Source: the human T2T-CHM13v2.0 reference genome, Homo sapiens. Taken from it: a DNA stretch of 64,000 nucleotides. The notes below the pieces were generated by a model that worked only from the letters and a program-made list of their open reading frames with translations, made no database searches and had not been told where the DNA came from. The position numbers and the translations under genes are program-made. Below are positions 1 through 15,900 of this stretch, piece by piece. The stretch is taken from the NCBI RefSeq assembly GCF_009914755.1, contig NC_060936.1; one strand, written 5' to 3'. Numbering within the stretch: position 1 is the first letter of the stretch; each line of letters opens with the position of its first letter.

Positions 1-113
1 TACTCGGGAGGCTGAGGCAGGAGAATGGCTTGAACCCAGAAGGCAGAGGTTGCAGTGAGCTAAGATCACACTGCTGCACTCTGGCCTGGGTGACACAGCG
101 AGACTCTAACTCC

Positions 114-156
<43 letters not shown>

Positions 157-180
157 GTAAAGAAAAGAAAAGAAAGAAAA
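1..180 (+). mobile_element. Alu right arm (cut by window edge) with poly(A)/(GAAAA)n tail
   Basis: Alu consensus GGGAGGCTGAGGCAGGAGAAT...GCAGTGAGC...CACTGC followed by A-rich tail. Confidence 0.9.
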
Positions 181-1175
181 CAAGGAACCTGAACAAAAAA
201 TGGGCCAATGACCTTAACAGGCACCTCACCAAAGAAGATATTGGTGGTAAATAAATATATGAAAAGACGTCCCAAATCATATGTCATCAGGGAATGCAAA
301 TCACAACAGCAATGAGGTACCATTACATATTGATTAGAATGGCCAAAATCTAGAACTGACGATACTAAATTCCCTGATGAGGATGTGGAGCAGCAGAAAC
401 TCTCCTTCATTTCTGGTGGGAATTTGAAATGGTATGATGAGTTTGGAAGACAGTTTGGCAGTTTCTTACAAAACTAAACATACTCTCGTCATAAGATCCA
501 GCAGTCATGTGCCTTGGTATTTACCCAAAGGAATTGAAAACTTATGTCCACACAAAAAGCTACACACAGATGCTTACCACAGCTTTATTTGTGATTGCCA
601 AACATCAGAAGCAACCAAGATGTTCTTCAGTAGCTGAGTGAATAAATGGTGGCATATCCAGACAATGGGACATTATTCAGTGCCAAAGAGAGATGAGCTA
701 TCAAGTCACGAAAAGATGTGGAGGAAATTTAAGTGCATGTCTGTAAATGAAAGAAGCCAATCTGAAAAGGCTACATGCTGTGATTCCAACTAATGACATT
801 CTGGAAAAGATAAAACTATGAAGACAGTGATCAAAGATCAGTGGTTGCCAGGGGTTAGGAGGGAGGGAGGGATGAACAGGCGAGGTGCAGAGGATTTCCA
901 GGGCAGGTAAACTACTCTGTATGAGACAGTAATGGTGGATACATGTCATTAAACATTTTTCAAACCCACAGAGCGTACAATACCAATAAGGAACCCTAAT
1001 GTAAACTGCAGACTTTGGGCCAATGTAGGTTCATGAATTGTAACATAGGTACTGCTCTGTGGGCACTGGCAATAATGGGAGAAGTTATGCATGTGTGAGG
1101 GCAGGGAGCACGGGGTGTCTCTGTATGTTCCACTCAATTTTGTTGCAAATCTAAAACTGCTCTAAAAAATAGTCT
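181..1175 (+). mobile_element. Old LINE-1 3' fragment (L1MC-like; ORF2 end plus 3' UTR)
   Basis: AAAATGGGCCAATGACCTTAACAGGCACCTCACCAAAGAAGATA resembles the L1 ORF2 C-terminus (KKWANDLNRHLTKEDI); ends TCTAAAACTGCTCTAAAAAATAGTCTA, typical of L1MC 3' ends; subfamily by eye. Confidence 0.75.
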
Positions 1176-1287
1176 AACAAAGCAAGTTTGGAGAGGAAAA
1201 TAGATTACATAAAATCATTTTCTTACCTAATTCAAGAGCAAATAGAGTTGAAAACTCACCATAGAAACTACATTTTTTAAAAAACGA

Positions 1288-1593
1288 TTGGGTACAATGG
1301 CTTATGCCTGTAATCCCAGCACTTTTGGAGACCAAGGCGAGAGGATTGCTTGAGACCAGGAGTTCATGACCAGCTTAGGCAACATAGTGAGACTTCATTA
1401 CTACAAAATTTTCTTTCTTTAATTAGCTGGGTGTGGGGGTGTGCACCTGCAGTCCCAGCTACCCAGGAGGCTGAGGTGAGAGGATTGCTTGAGCCTAGGA
1501 GTTCAAAGTTACAGTGAGCTATGATCATGCCACTGCACTCCAGCTTGGGTGACAGGGTGAGACCCAGTCTCAAAAAAAAAAAAAAAAAAAAAA
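1288..1593 (+). mobile_element. Alu (AluJ-like)
   Basis: Dimeric Alu consensus with poly(A) tail. Confidence 0.85.
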
Positions 1594-3069
1594 ACACAAC
1601 AAACAAACAAAACTAAATTAATAAAAGCAAATAAGGAGAATAATAATGACCAACTTTCAGGGTGTTAGAAGATACACCCCTTGCTTCATCATATTGCTTA
1701 ATGTGAACCGACTGAATTCTACTAAAAATAGACTTTAAACAAAGTTAGAAAAGAAAACAAGTATCCAACATTCTCTCACCTATAACAGGCATATTACAAA
1801 TTAAACCATTCAAATAGTCTAAAAGCTAAGGGAAAGCTTAAGATTTATGATGCCTCTGTAGATACAAAACAAGCAGGTGTTATAATCCAGGCTGCAATAC
1901 TGTTGTAGATGTCTGAGAACTCGGAAGATAATGACTAAGCCTGAGAAAGGGCCAGACAAAGGTAATTGTTTCCCAGTATCCTGGAAGATAAGAGAATCTT
2001 TATGGCTACTGGAGGGATGTGGACTCAGCTGCAGTCTTTCTGGCACCAGAAGAAAAGGCATGTGGTAAACTAGATATTTCGTAATAGGGCCCATGGGGCA
2101 AACGATTCTATATTAATGATATAGTGTAGGTTTCACCCACAGGATCCCAGGTGTTCTGTGCAGGTGCGCACACCTGTGGAGGAGGAAGCGGAGCAAACTT
2201 TAAACTGCACACATTAGGAAGCCTGGGACAGTTAAAGAGTTCCCAGCATCAGATATGTCCAAAAGAAAAGCAAGTAAGATTAGCAAAGATACATGCCTTT
2301 TTCCCTCAGCAAAAAGCAATGAAGGTTGAGTCTCCCTTTAAAAATAAAAAATCGGATTATGAAGCAGTAACATTCAAAATCATATTATATTGAATTAAAA
2401 ACAGGTAAACTGTTTAGTGGAATAGATTTCCTAGAAGTAGATATTAACAATGGTAACAAATCAATATAAGACTAGCCAGCAATAACACATCTATAGAAAA
2501 GTGTATTTTTTAAATAAAAAATGATCAAAATTATATTCATCTGAAGAAGAATTAGCACCCGCTATGCACTGTATATAATAAACTCCAGGTGGGTCAAATT
2601 AGGCTAAAATGTTTATTGTGGATATTTTCTTTTTAGTTTTATCTAACCATCAGTTTCCCTTTCCCTGACATAGCAATCCCATTGTAATTTCCTAGTGTGA
2701 AACTTCTCCCTGAGTATATATGTAATGTGGGTGGGAAGGTCAAGTTCTTTTACCATCTCCCACTTGAAAGCTGAAGGCCATTCACCCCTCTTCTCCCTGC
2801 CCAGTGCAGACAGTAGATGGGCACTTGACCTAAGCTCAGCCAACCCAGTGGTCACTCCTGGAACTTTGATTCTTAAACTGATACAAGGACAAAAGGAAAG
2901 AGTGGTTGGTCAGTTTCATCACACAGGCTGTTCCAATTACAAAACGACTGATGTCCTTTCAGTTTCTTGGTTCTTTAGAACTCCATGGTCCTTTCCCATG
3001 TTCAAGTATGTGTTCCCTCAGTCTCATAGCAATAATTCGCTTATATTAGCCAGAGCGAGATTTTTACTA

Positions 3070-3343
3070 CAAGTTGAGTATTCCTTAACCAAAAGGTTTG
3101 GGACTAGAAGTGATTTGGATTTCAATTTTGGCAGGATTTTAGAATATTTGCATTATATGTTTACCAATTGAGCATCCCTAATTAAAAAATCTGAAATCCG
3201 AAATGTTCCAGTGAGCATTTCCTTTGAGCATCACTCTAAAATCCAAAACTTACTGAGCACCAGTGTGACGCTCAAAGGAAATGCTCACTGCAGCATTTCA
3301 GATTTCAGATTTTTGCATTAGGGAAATTCAACGTCTCAACCTG
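3070..3343. mobile_element. Tigger4/MER46-like DNA transposon (TcMar-Tigger)
   Basis: Terminal inverted repeats CAAGTTGAG...CTCAACCTG, TA on the left flank, internal AAATCTGAAATCCGAAATGTTCCA motif. Confidence 0.7.
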
Positions 3344-3456
3344 TGTATCCAGATGGAGACGGCAATTCCAAAGAACAAACTGAAGAGGAAGAGGGTATAG
3401 GAGGTGGATGATGGTGTCACAGTTCACCTGGAAATATCTTCTCTACAAGGAAAGGT

Positions 3457-4193
<737 letters not shown>

Positions 4194-5817
4194 CTCCTAC
4201 CCCTTTAATGTTGGGTTGGCCACAACTTGATTGGCCAATAGAATGCCAGTGGATGTGATGGCTACCCTGTCTGAGCAGCCTTAGGAATGATTAGTCAATT
4301 TTGCTTCCAAAACATATTCTGTACTTTATCCACTCCATTGCATCCTACCAACATTAGCCAAATCTGAGATAATCTCTGTCAACTACTTCAATAACCTTCT
4401 AACTGTCTCCTGGCTTTAGTTGTGTACCTCTGAGAACCATCCTTCACACAACTGTCACACAACAATGTCAAATTAACCTTGTAAGGCCACAGATGAAAGC
4501 CTTCAATGGCTCCCTCTTTCCCACATGGCACTGGAAAGCTGTCATGACTTGTCTTCTACCTACCCCTTAAGCCTCATCCTTTGGCCTTCCCTGCTTCCCA
4601 CTTTATGTTCAGCAACACTAAACACCCTGGACACTCCTCCATTCCTTTGTCCATTCTGTTCCTTTGTCCAGACTGCCCTCCTCTCTCTCCTAATTTTTGT
4701 CCAAATAACTTCTGTTTGACTCTCAAGATTCAGCTCAATATCAGTGCTCCCAGAAAGTCTTCCCTAGTACTTCCTGGGCATGTATTTGCCCTGTGCTTTC
4801 TTGGTACCAGCACACACCCCGGCACTTCCCCACCTTAAATTTAAATGATATATTCTGTCTTTTTCTCTTCCAATAGATTTGCCGTCTCCTGGAGGGCAGG
4901 GACTATATCTTATTTAGCTTTTGGTCCCCAGACTCTAGCCTGATGTCTGGCACACAGTAGGTGTTCAATACACATTAGTGGAGCTGAAATCGAACAAATT
5001 AAACATTAATATAAGCAAATTCTGAAAGCCTTCTGCCTCTATTCTTACAAAAGCTGGTGACATTATAAATGGGTTCTTCTGGAAAGCAATATAGCACTAT
5101 ATAACAAAAACGATGAAGATGGTCATTCTCCTTGACTTGGTATTTTCCCGTTTGTGAATACTCCTCAAAGAAATAATCCAAAGGAAAAAAAATGTACACA
5201 GATGTCCTGGCAACTCTAGTTATAACAGTGAAAAACCTGGAAGCAATCCAAGTGTCTAACAGGGAAATGACTAAGCAAACAATGGGATTATTACATAGCT
5301 ATTAAAAAATGACAGAGGTGAGGACTATGTCAACATAGACAAGTGTGTATCTATCTGCAGGAACGTTAAGTAGAAAAAAGAACACAGGCTAGTGTTTAAA
5401 CACTAGTGATTAAGGATGTGTGTGTACATTAACAAAGATTGGAGGCTAATTTGGAGGAATGAAAATGGCTGGAGTGCAGTACTTGTTGAGTCTTTATTTT
5501 CCTGTGCAGTTCCATGAATTTTTGACAATAATACTTGAGATTCCATGCAATATAGATATCCTAGAGGTCTTCTGCAGAATAAGTATTCTAAGTTATACCA
5601 AGCTGTATAGTCCAAGAGAAAATTTTATGTTAAATTCTTATAAAATTGTTATAAAATAATGATATTTCTTTAAGTGAACAAAGCATTTTTCTTTAGTTAA
5701 ATTCAACAAGCAACTATGAGAGCTTGACTATGTTCTAGAGCACTTACATTCTGGGGAAATTCAAAGAAATCATGGGCAAAAATCCTCAGGTGAATATGTG
5801 TTATTATTTTAATTTGC

Positions 5818-9546
<3,729 letters not shown>

Positions 9547-11176
9547 TAACTCAATTTTTTTTGCCTCCATAAAGAGGCAAATACAAAGAAAATGGGCTTT
9601 CAACACAGAGAAAAACAAATTCCAAGATATGGGCTGAGGTCAGTATACACGCTGTCTATTTTCCTCTACCTTCTGGTTCTTCATCCCACCTCTGTACTAT
9701 GATATTGATGCTCTGAGGAAGACCCTGTATCCCAGCAATATTCCTCATCTATAAAATAAAGATTTAATTGTGTTCCTCTAAACCCAAAACACACAGGATG
9801 ATGTCCAGGGAAGTTAGAGGAACATGTGTCAGCTGAAGAATCAGTGGTATGTTCCCTCTTGTCTACCTCCCCAATTCGCGCTGGCCCACATCCCATTTGG
9901 AGTGACCATGTCTATGGAGATAGAGGAGGATATTCTTCCACTTCTAACCTCAAAAGGACACACTGGAGGCATCTAGATTGAGGTTACAGCTATCCTTTGA
10001 GGAGCTGTAACAAGAATATTTGGAAGTGGACCAAATCTAGAATAATCAAGTTTGAAAGGACTATGGTTGTCCTTTCTGTTGCTACTGTTGTTATACTGTG
10101 TTGATAAATACAAAGTATAGTCATAAAGGTGGGGGATTTAATCATGTTCCAGAATGATACGGCTGTTAAGGCTTTCCAGGTAAGCCAGAGAGTTGAGATA
10201 ATCCTTATTCAAGTGAGAAACGAATTTGGCCCTCCTTATCTGGAGGAGAGGGTTAGAAGGACGATGGATGGATTTGGGGACATGTAGTAGGACTGAATTC
10301 CTAGGCTGAGCTCCAACCACCTCTGAATGCCCCAGAGATATCTATGTTCCATCTGGTCTGGTCTGCAGCAAGTCCACAGAAGCTACATTCACTTTTCTGT
10401 GCTGAATTATCAAAATAATTGCCCTTCAGCCCATGCCTCATGACCCTGTAGACAGAATCCACTCATTTCCCTATCACATGGGCTACAATTGCTACTTCAA
10501 ATGAAAACCTGGGAAGCCAATGCCCTATTGTGGTTGAAAGTGTACAATTAGCTCCTCATGCAGCCTGACCCCACTGATTTTTCTGATGCATGTGACCTGG
10601 AGTGTGCCCTTTCTGAGACCGCCAATGTCTTCTCCACAGCTGGAGATGCCCAAAACTGCACGCAGCACTTCCTGTGGGTGTGGCCTTGCATTCTTAGGAC
10701 TGCAGGGTACCCGCTGCATGCCAAATGATCCCAGGCTCCAGCCACTCACAGATTCACAACGCTTTTAAAAATACAGCAGTGGAGTATGAGCGGCTATGTC
10801 AGATATGAGGGTTTTCCACCCCCTCCCTTTTCTTTTAAAATATGATTTTGTAATGGTGGCCTCAAGAAACACTATAATTGGTCAGCCTGGGGTGCGTTTG
10901 AAGGCCTTCTCTATCGCGTCATTAGCTATTCTCAGGAAAGGCAGGGTATCCCACTGGGAGAATGACAACACACTTGTTTCAAGTTAGGGAAGAGCCTGTG
11001 GTTCTCTTCCTGCGTTCAGGGGAAAGCGAACACACAATGTTCGTTTCCTAAATACGGGATGTGCTGTGCTGGCAGGTCATTTTCCACCATGTCACGTCCT
11101 TCTAGATGAAGGCAGCAGGGGTCATGACAGGAAATGGCAAATTCTCAGAATGAGACAAGGCTTTCCCAGGGCAGCC

Positions 11177-11198
11177 ATTGGTTCTCTGGAACTATAAA
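11177..11198 (+). promoter_or_regulatory. APOLD1: APOLD1 proximal core promoter: inverted CCAAT (ATTGG 11177-11181) and TATA box (TATAAA 11193-11198)
   Basis: TATAAA ~60 nt upstream of an ATG/GTAAGT donor; TSS expected ~11220-11228. Confidence 0.75.
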
Positions 11199-11255
11199 GC
11201 ACACTCATCCAGAAACAGCCTCAGATTTTACTTTCCTGGAGGCAGACAGAAGTGA

Positions 11256-11258
11256 ATG
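11256..11258 (+). CDS. APOLD1: APOLD1 exon 1 coding part (start ATG only), followed by the GTAAGT donor
   Basis: GTGA-ATG|GTAAGT: consensus 5' splice site directly after ATG; joins in frame to the exon starting at 12473, giving MGMERPAAREPHG... Confidence 0.8.
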
Positions 11259-12339
11259 GTAAGTGGGGAACCCTGAGGCATATATTCGGGATGACTTTTT
11301 CTCATTTTCTCTTTTCACCTGGAAAATTATCCCTGGTGGGTTGGATTATGGAAGCATGGAAGTAAAATTAAGTCCTGTGAATAAGGAGATGAGGATTCTA
11401 GACTGGGCTCTGTGAAGAATCAGCTGCTTCTAGAATCTGATGTCTGATGCAGGCAATTCTTCCAGATGAGAATGATTTCTGCCCTGATAGCTCAGTTTTG
11501 AAATGCTCTATTTCTATGGCTCATTTGCCACTTTTAAGAAGTTCCTAATAATGAAGAGTACAGTGGACATGAAGGTGGGAATCTGCAACTAGGATGAATA
11601 TACTTTTCCCCCAAGATGTACAACTTGTTCGTATCTTTGTCAGTCATCTTCAGTTGGCTTCAACGTGGTAGAAGTTGTTGAACAAAAATTTTGGCCACTT
11701 TATTTTATTCAACCATTACTCATTTTTAAAAGAAAACTTTCATAACAAAGAGACATAATGGTATTAATTTAATGTGACTTAGTTTAAATCAAGCACCCAG
11801 CAAAGACTGATGTTTCTGAAGATCCAAGGAGCCCTAGTTAGAATAAACAGTGCAAATCTCATTTTAGGCTTGATTCTAAGAAAAGAGCCTGGAAGAATCA
11901 CAAGCAGAAGAGTTGCTTCAGGCAAGCATCTAACTTAGATGTTTCTTCTGCTTGGTAGAAAATACGATTTTTGAGGTTTTGGTGAAGTCTTTTTCATTCA
12001 TTAGAGAGAGAGAAAAGTGTGTTGCAAAACTCCTAGGATCCAATTTTCACATGATGAAAGGGCTTTGTAAACTGTACAACCCACCACTTACAAAGTGTTA
12101 TCTTAAGTAGAGCAAAGGCCTCAGTACTGGAGAAGCCTTCTAATACCACGCCCCTCCCAGTTTAAATCTTATTTAACACATAGCTGATGAAGCCCATCGT
12201 TAACGTTCCCTGGGAGAGAAGCAGAAGATAGCATTATTCCTATTTCCATATGCAGAGATAAGGTCCTGAGAACTTGTGTGGCTCCCCCCGGATTCCAGAA
12301 CAGGTCTTTGAGAACTCGTCTCATGATCCACTGGAAACA

Positions 12340-13030
12340 GACCCGTTCCCCTAGCGTGGCAGTGGCTGCTCCGCTGAACTCGTGCCAAGTTCCCGCTGGC
12401 GTCCGGGCAGCAGGGCGGGAGCGGCGGCTGGCACGGAGACTCCAGGCTGACCGCGTGTCTATGTCCCCGCAGGGAATGGAGAGGCCGGCGGCCCGGGAGC
12501 CGCATGGGCCCGACGCGCTGCGGCGCTTCCAGGGACTGCTGCTGGACCGCCGAGGCCGGCTGCACGGCCAGGTGCTGCGCCTGCGCGAGGTGGCCCGGCG
12601 CCTGGAGCGCCTGCGCAGGCGCTCCCTCGTAGCCAACGTGGCCGGCAGCTCGCTGAGCGCAACGGGCGCCCTCGCCGCCATCGTGGGGCTCTCGCTCAGC
12701 CCGGTCACCCTGGGGACCTCGCTGCTGGTGTCGGCCGTGGGGCTGGGGGTGGCCACAGCCGGAGGGGCCGTCACCATCACGTCCGATCTCTCGCTGATCT
12801 TCTGCAACTCCCGGGAGCTGCGGAGGGTGCAGGAGATCGCGGCCACCTGCCAGGACCAGATGCGAGAGATCCTGAGCTGCCTCGAGTTTTTCTGCCGCTG
12901 GCAGGGCTGCGGGGACCGCCAGCTGCTGCAGTGCGGGAGGAACGCCTCCATCGCCCTGTACAATTCTGTCTACTTCATCGTCTTCTTTGGCTCACGTGGC
13001 TTCCTCATCCCCAGGCGGGCGGAGGGGGAC
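12340..13030. other. Intragenic CpG island over the APOLD1 intron 1 end and coding exon
   Basis: Abrupt rise in GC and CpG density relative to the flanks; boundaries by eye. Confidence 0.75.
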
Positions 13031-13216
13031 ACCAAGGTTAGCCAGGCCGTGCTGAAGGCCAAGATTCAGAAACTGGCCGAGAGCCTGGAGTCCTGCACCG
13101 GGGCTCTGGACGAACTCAGCGAGCAGCTGGAGTCTCGGGTTCAGCTCTGCACCAAGTCCAGTCGTGGCCACGACCTCAAGATCTCTGCTGACCAGCGTGC
13201 AGGGCTGTTTTTCTGA
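12473..13216 (+). CDS. APOLD1: Apolipoprotein L domain-containing protein 1 (Verge), main coding exon
   Basis: Branch-like CTGAC at 12447-12451 and CCCCGCAG acceptor; 744 nt to TGA; ApoL-type hydrophobic hairpin (VAGSSLSATGALAAIVGLSLSPVTLGTSLLVSAVGLGVATAGG) and C-terminal coiled coil; sequence recognised as APOLD1; 248 aa with the exon-1 Met. Confidence 0.95.
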   Translation, partial: GMERPAAREPHGPDALRRFQGLLLDRRGRLHGQVLRLREVARRLERLRRRSLVANVAGSSLSATGALAAIVGLSLSPVTLGTSLLVSAVGLGVATAGGAVTITSDLSLIFCNSRELRRVQEIAATCQDQMREILSCLEFFCRWQGCGDRQLLQCGRNASIALYNSVYFIVFFGSRGFLIPRRAEGDTKVSQAVLKAKIQKLAESLESCTGALDELSEQLESRVQLCTKSSRGHDLKISADQRAGLFF

Positions 13217-13979
13217 GAACATCCTTTCCCCCTAATGACCGAGGCCAGCAAATCATCCTCATGGGATGCTCCAGAATTTGTAGCTCCCTTAGGAAAACAC
13301 CAAGCTGGGTTAGGAGCCGAAGGCAAAGGATGAGAAAAACTGTTTTTGAAGTGGGCAGGTCCCCAAAGCCCTTCTTTTCCCATCACTGTGACATCTGCCT
13401 GGGCTTGAGTGCTACGGACTTTTCAGTCTTCCTAGTGGAAAAATGTGACCCAAAAACTCTTTTTCCTTTATCAAAAACTTTCTGTCTAAACACAGCTGGG
13501 CAGGCACTCCTGTTTTAAAGTTATTTCGGGGTCCCTGACCCTGCCCTGGTGGCTTGGCCTGAGACTGGAGAGAGTGCCATCCTCTGGGTCCTCTCCAAGT
13601 CCTACTAGTCTTTGAAGTCCTCAAAATGTGCGTGAGGAAGGCATTTGCCTCTATTCCAGAATTTCTGATACAAAGAACTCCAGAATCCAGAGCAAATCAG
13701 CCCTTCTCTGAACGTTGTAGGATGGTTCAGAACCCAGAGAGGACCCTGGTGCTGATATCTCCTCCTCTTCCCTTTCCCCTCAGCTTACTTACTCCCAGAT
13801 GCGGCCTGGGTATGAAGTAGGCCTTTCCTGAGTGGCTCCCAATCCAGTCCTCCAAGTACTCAGAGGGGAAGCCCGTGAAGCCGTCATCTAAGTCCTGCTC
13901 CCTCACATGAAGCTGAGGGCCAGATAGATGGAGCGACTGCCAACTTCATTTCCCGACATCATTGTGTTCAGAAGAGAGT

Positions 13980-14150
13980 GATGGGTTTTGAGTTAGACAG
14001 TCCTGGGCTTGAGACAGGCTTTGTCACTACTGTGTGAGTGTAGCCACCTAATCTCTCTGAGACTGTGTAAAACAAAGATGATAAAATCTCACCCTGTTGT
14101 GAGATATTAAATGAGCCAAAGTGCCTAGCATGATGGTGCTGGCTCATATA
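13980..14150 (+). mobile_element. MIR fragment in APOLD1 3' UTR
   Basis: GAGTTAGACAGTCCTGGG...CTCTCTGAG...GTTGTGAGATATTAAATGAG...AAGTGCCTAGCA resembles the MIR core. Confidence 0.55.
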
Positions 14151-14325
14151 GTGTAGTCCCTGGAATGGCAAATTAACATCACCCAGGAACTTGTTAGAAA
14201 GGCAAATTCTTGGACACAACCCTCCTGATTTATGGAATCAGAAACTCTGGCTGTGGGGCCCAGCAACCTGAGTTTAAACAATTTCTCTGGGTGGTTCTGC
14301 GGCACACTAAGGTTTGAAAATCACT
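14150..14325. mobile_element. MER5A-like hAT-Charlie element
   Basis: GGAACTTGTTAGAAAGGCAAATTC...GAATCAGAAACTCTGG...GGGCCCAGCAACCTG...GTTTGAAAATCACT. Confidence 0.65.
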
Positions 14326-14452
14326 ACAACAAATGCTAACTTCTAATCCCCTTGATGAGCTTTCACGAAGTCTCACGGCTTCTCTAGGGACTCCATGGTC
14401 TTCAGAGTCGTTCACAGATGACCAAGGACAGACTGTGTCCCAGAAGCCAAAA

Positions 14453-14470
14453 TGAGAGAGAGAGAGAGAG
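14453..14470 (+). repeat. (GA)n microsatellite
   Basis: GAGAGAGAGAGAGAGAG. Confidence 0.9.
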
Positions 14471-14647
14471 CACGCGTACGTGCACCCTGGGGCAGTGTCT
14501 CACCGTATGAATAAGGGATGTAACACTAAAAGCCCATTAGGGGGCAGTGTTTCCCGCCTGTTGTAGAAACTGGTACAGAAAGGAATATGAAGTTCCTGAA
14601 ACTGACCTTTGTCTATTATTACCTTCTCTGAAAAGTGCCAGTCCATG

Positions 14648-14735
14648 TATTTTTTATTTATTTTAAGTTTGTAATTTAATTTTTAATTATTGTTTAGTGT
14701 TTGCATTTAATTTTATTTAATCACCACATTTAGAA
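14648..14735 (+). promoter_or_regulatory. APOLD1: AU-rich element cluster (mRNA instability)
   Basis: Five ATTTA pentamers (14656, 14674, 14705, 14715, 14728) including the TTATTTATT nonamer at 14654-14662, in U-rich context. Confidence 0.7.
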
Positions 14736-15566
14736 AATAATAAGAGCAAGTTTCTAAATGGGAGACTGCTGAGGCTCTTTGCAAGAGATGAGATTAAGTT
14801 TGAGTTTCTAAGGCAGGGCATGAGCTGGAAATAGCATTGCTTTCCTTGATTGTCTCTCTCCTTCAGGGAGATTCTTTTTCTCTAGTGTTTTAAGTGATCC
14901 TTTGAAGTAAGTGTGGAGAGTCTTGAATGGCAAGACCAGGAGCTGAGTTTAAGCTTGTAATGGAAGCTTGCATTGTGGGATATATAACTGAGGAAGCATA
15001 TTTATCCTGAAGGTATTTTGCCAGAAGGTATCACTTGACCTGGAAAAGGAATCTATTTAGTTCAGGAAAGATAAAAAGTTTAGAGGTATGTGAAGGAAGC
15101 ACTTAGAACTTGCAAGCCTGATGTCCTATCAAGTTATGTCTTCTGGGTGACAGACAAAATAGCTTGTCTTATGGTGGTGATGTGTTGCATTTTCACTTTG
15201 GGGTCTGTAAGAAACTGTCAGTGAAAATATGTACAATTCCTTCAATTTCCATTCTTAACAACTGTAATGTTGAAAAATAAGTTGAAAAGTCTTTGGGACC
15301 ATACATGCAAAAACGGTGCCTCTGTTACTTAATTATTTAATATTCTATAAATGTACCCAATCTGTCCGCACCCTTCCCAGTGATGGGGCAGTATGTCTGA
15401 GGAAGTATAATTTCAGTACTGGGGTCGGGGAGAGGAGGTGATGTTTCTACATTTTTATTTTTTCTATAAATTGCAATTGGTCTGTATGCTGGTTTATTTT
15501 GAAATTTATATTGGTTTCTTTTCAAGCTGGTGTCATCTCCTAGACTGTTTCACCCAGATGCTAGCA

Positions 15567-15900
<334 letters not shown>

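Noticed and set aside
12278-12472. 65-codon N-terminal extension in the 312-aa ORF call
   Set aside because: Lies in intron 1 upstream of a clear branch point and CAG acceptor, and the called start is GTG. It would need intron retention or an internal TSS, for which I have no evidence
12169-12963. 264-aa antisense ORF (and the 121-aa and 67-aa ones) opposite APOLD1
   Set aside because: Low-complexity Arg/Ser/Ala shadow frame expected from a GC-rich coding exon; no recognisable domain and no promoter or poly(A) support
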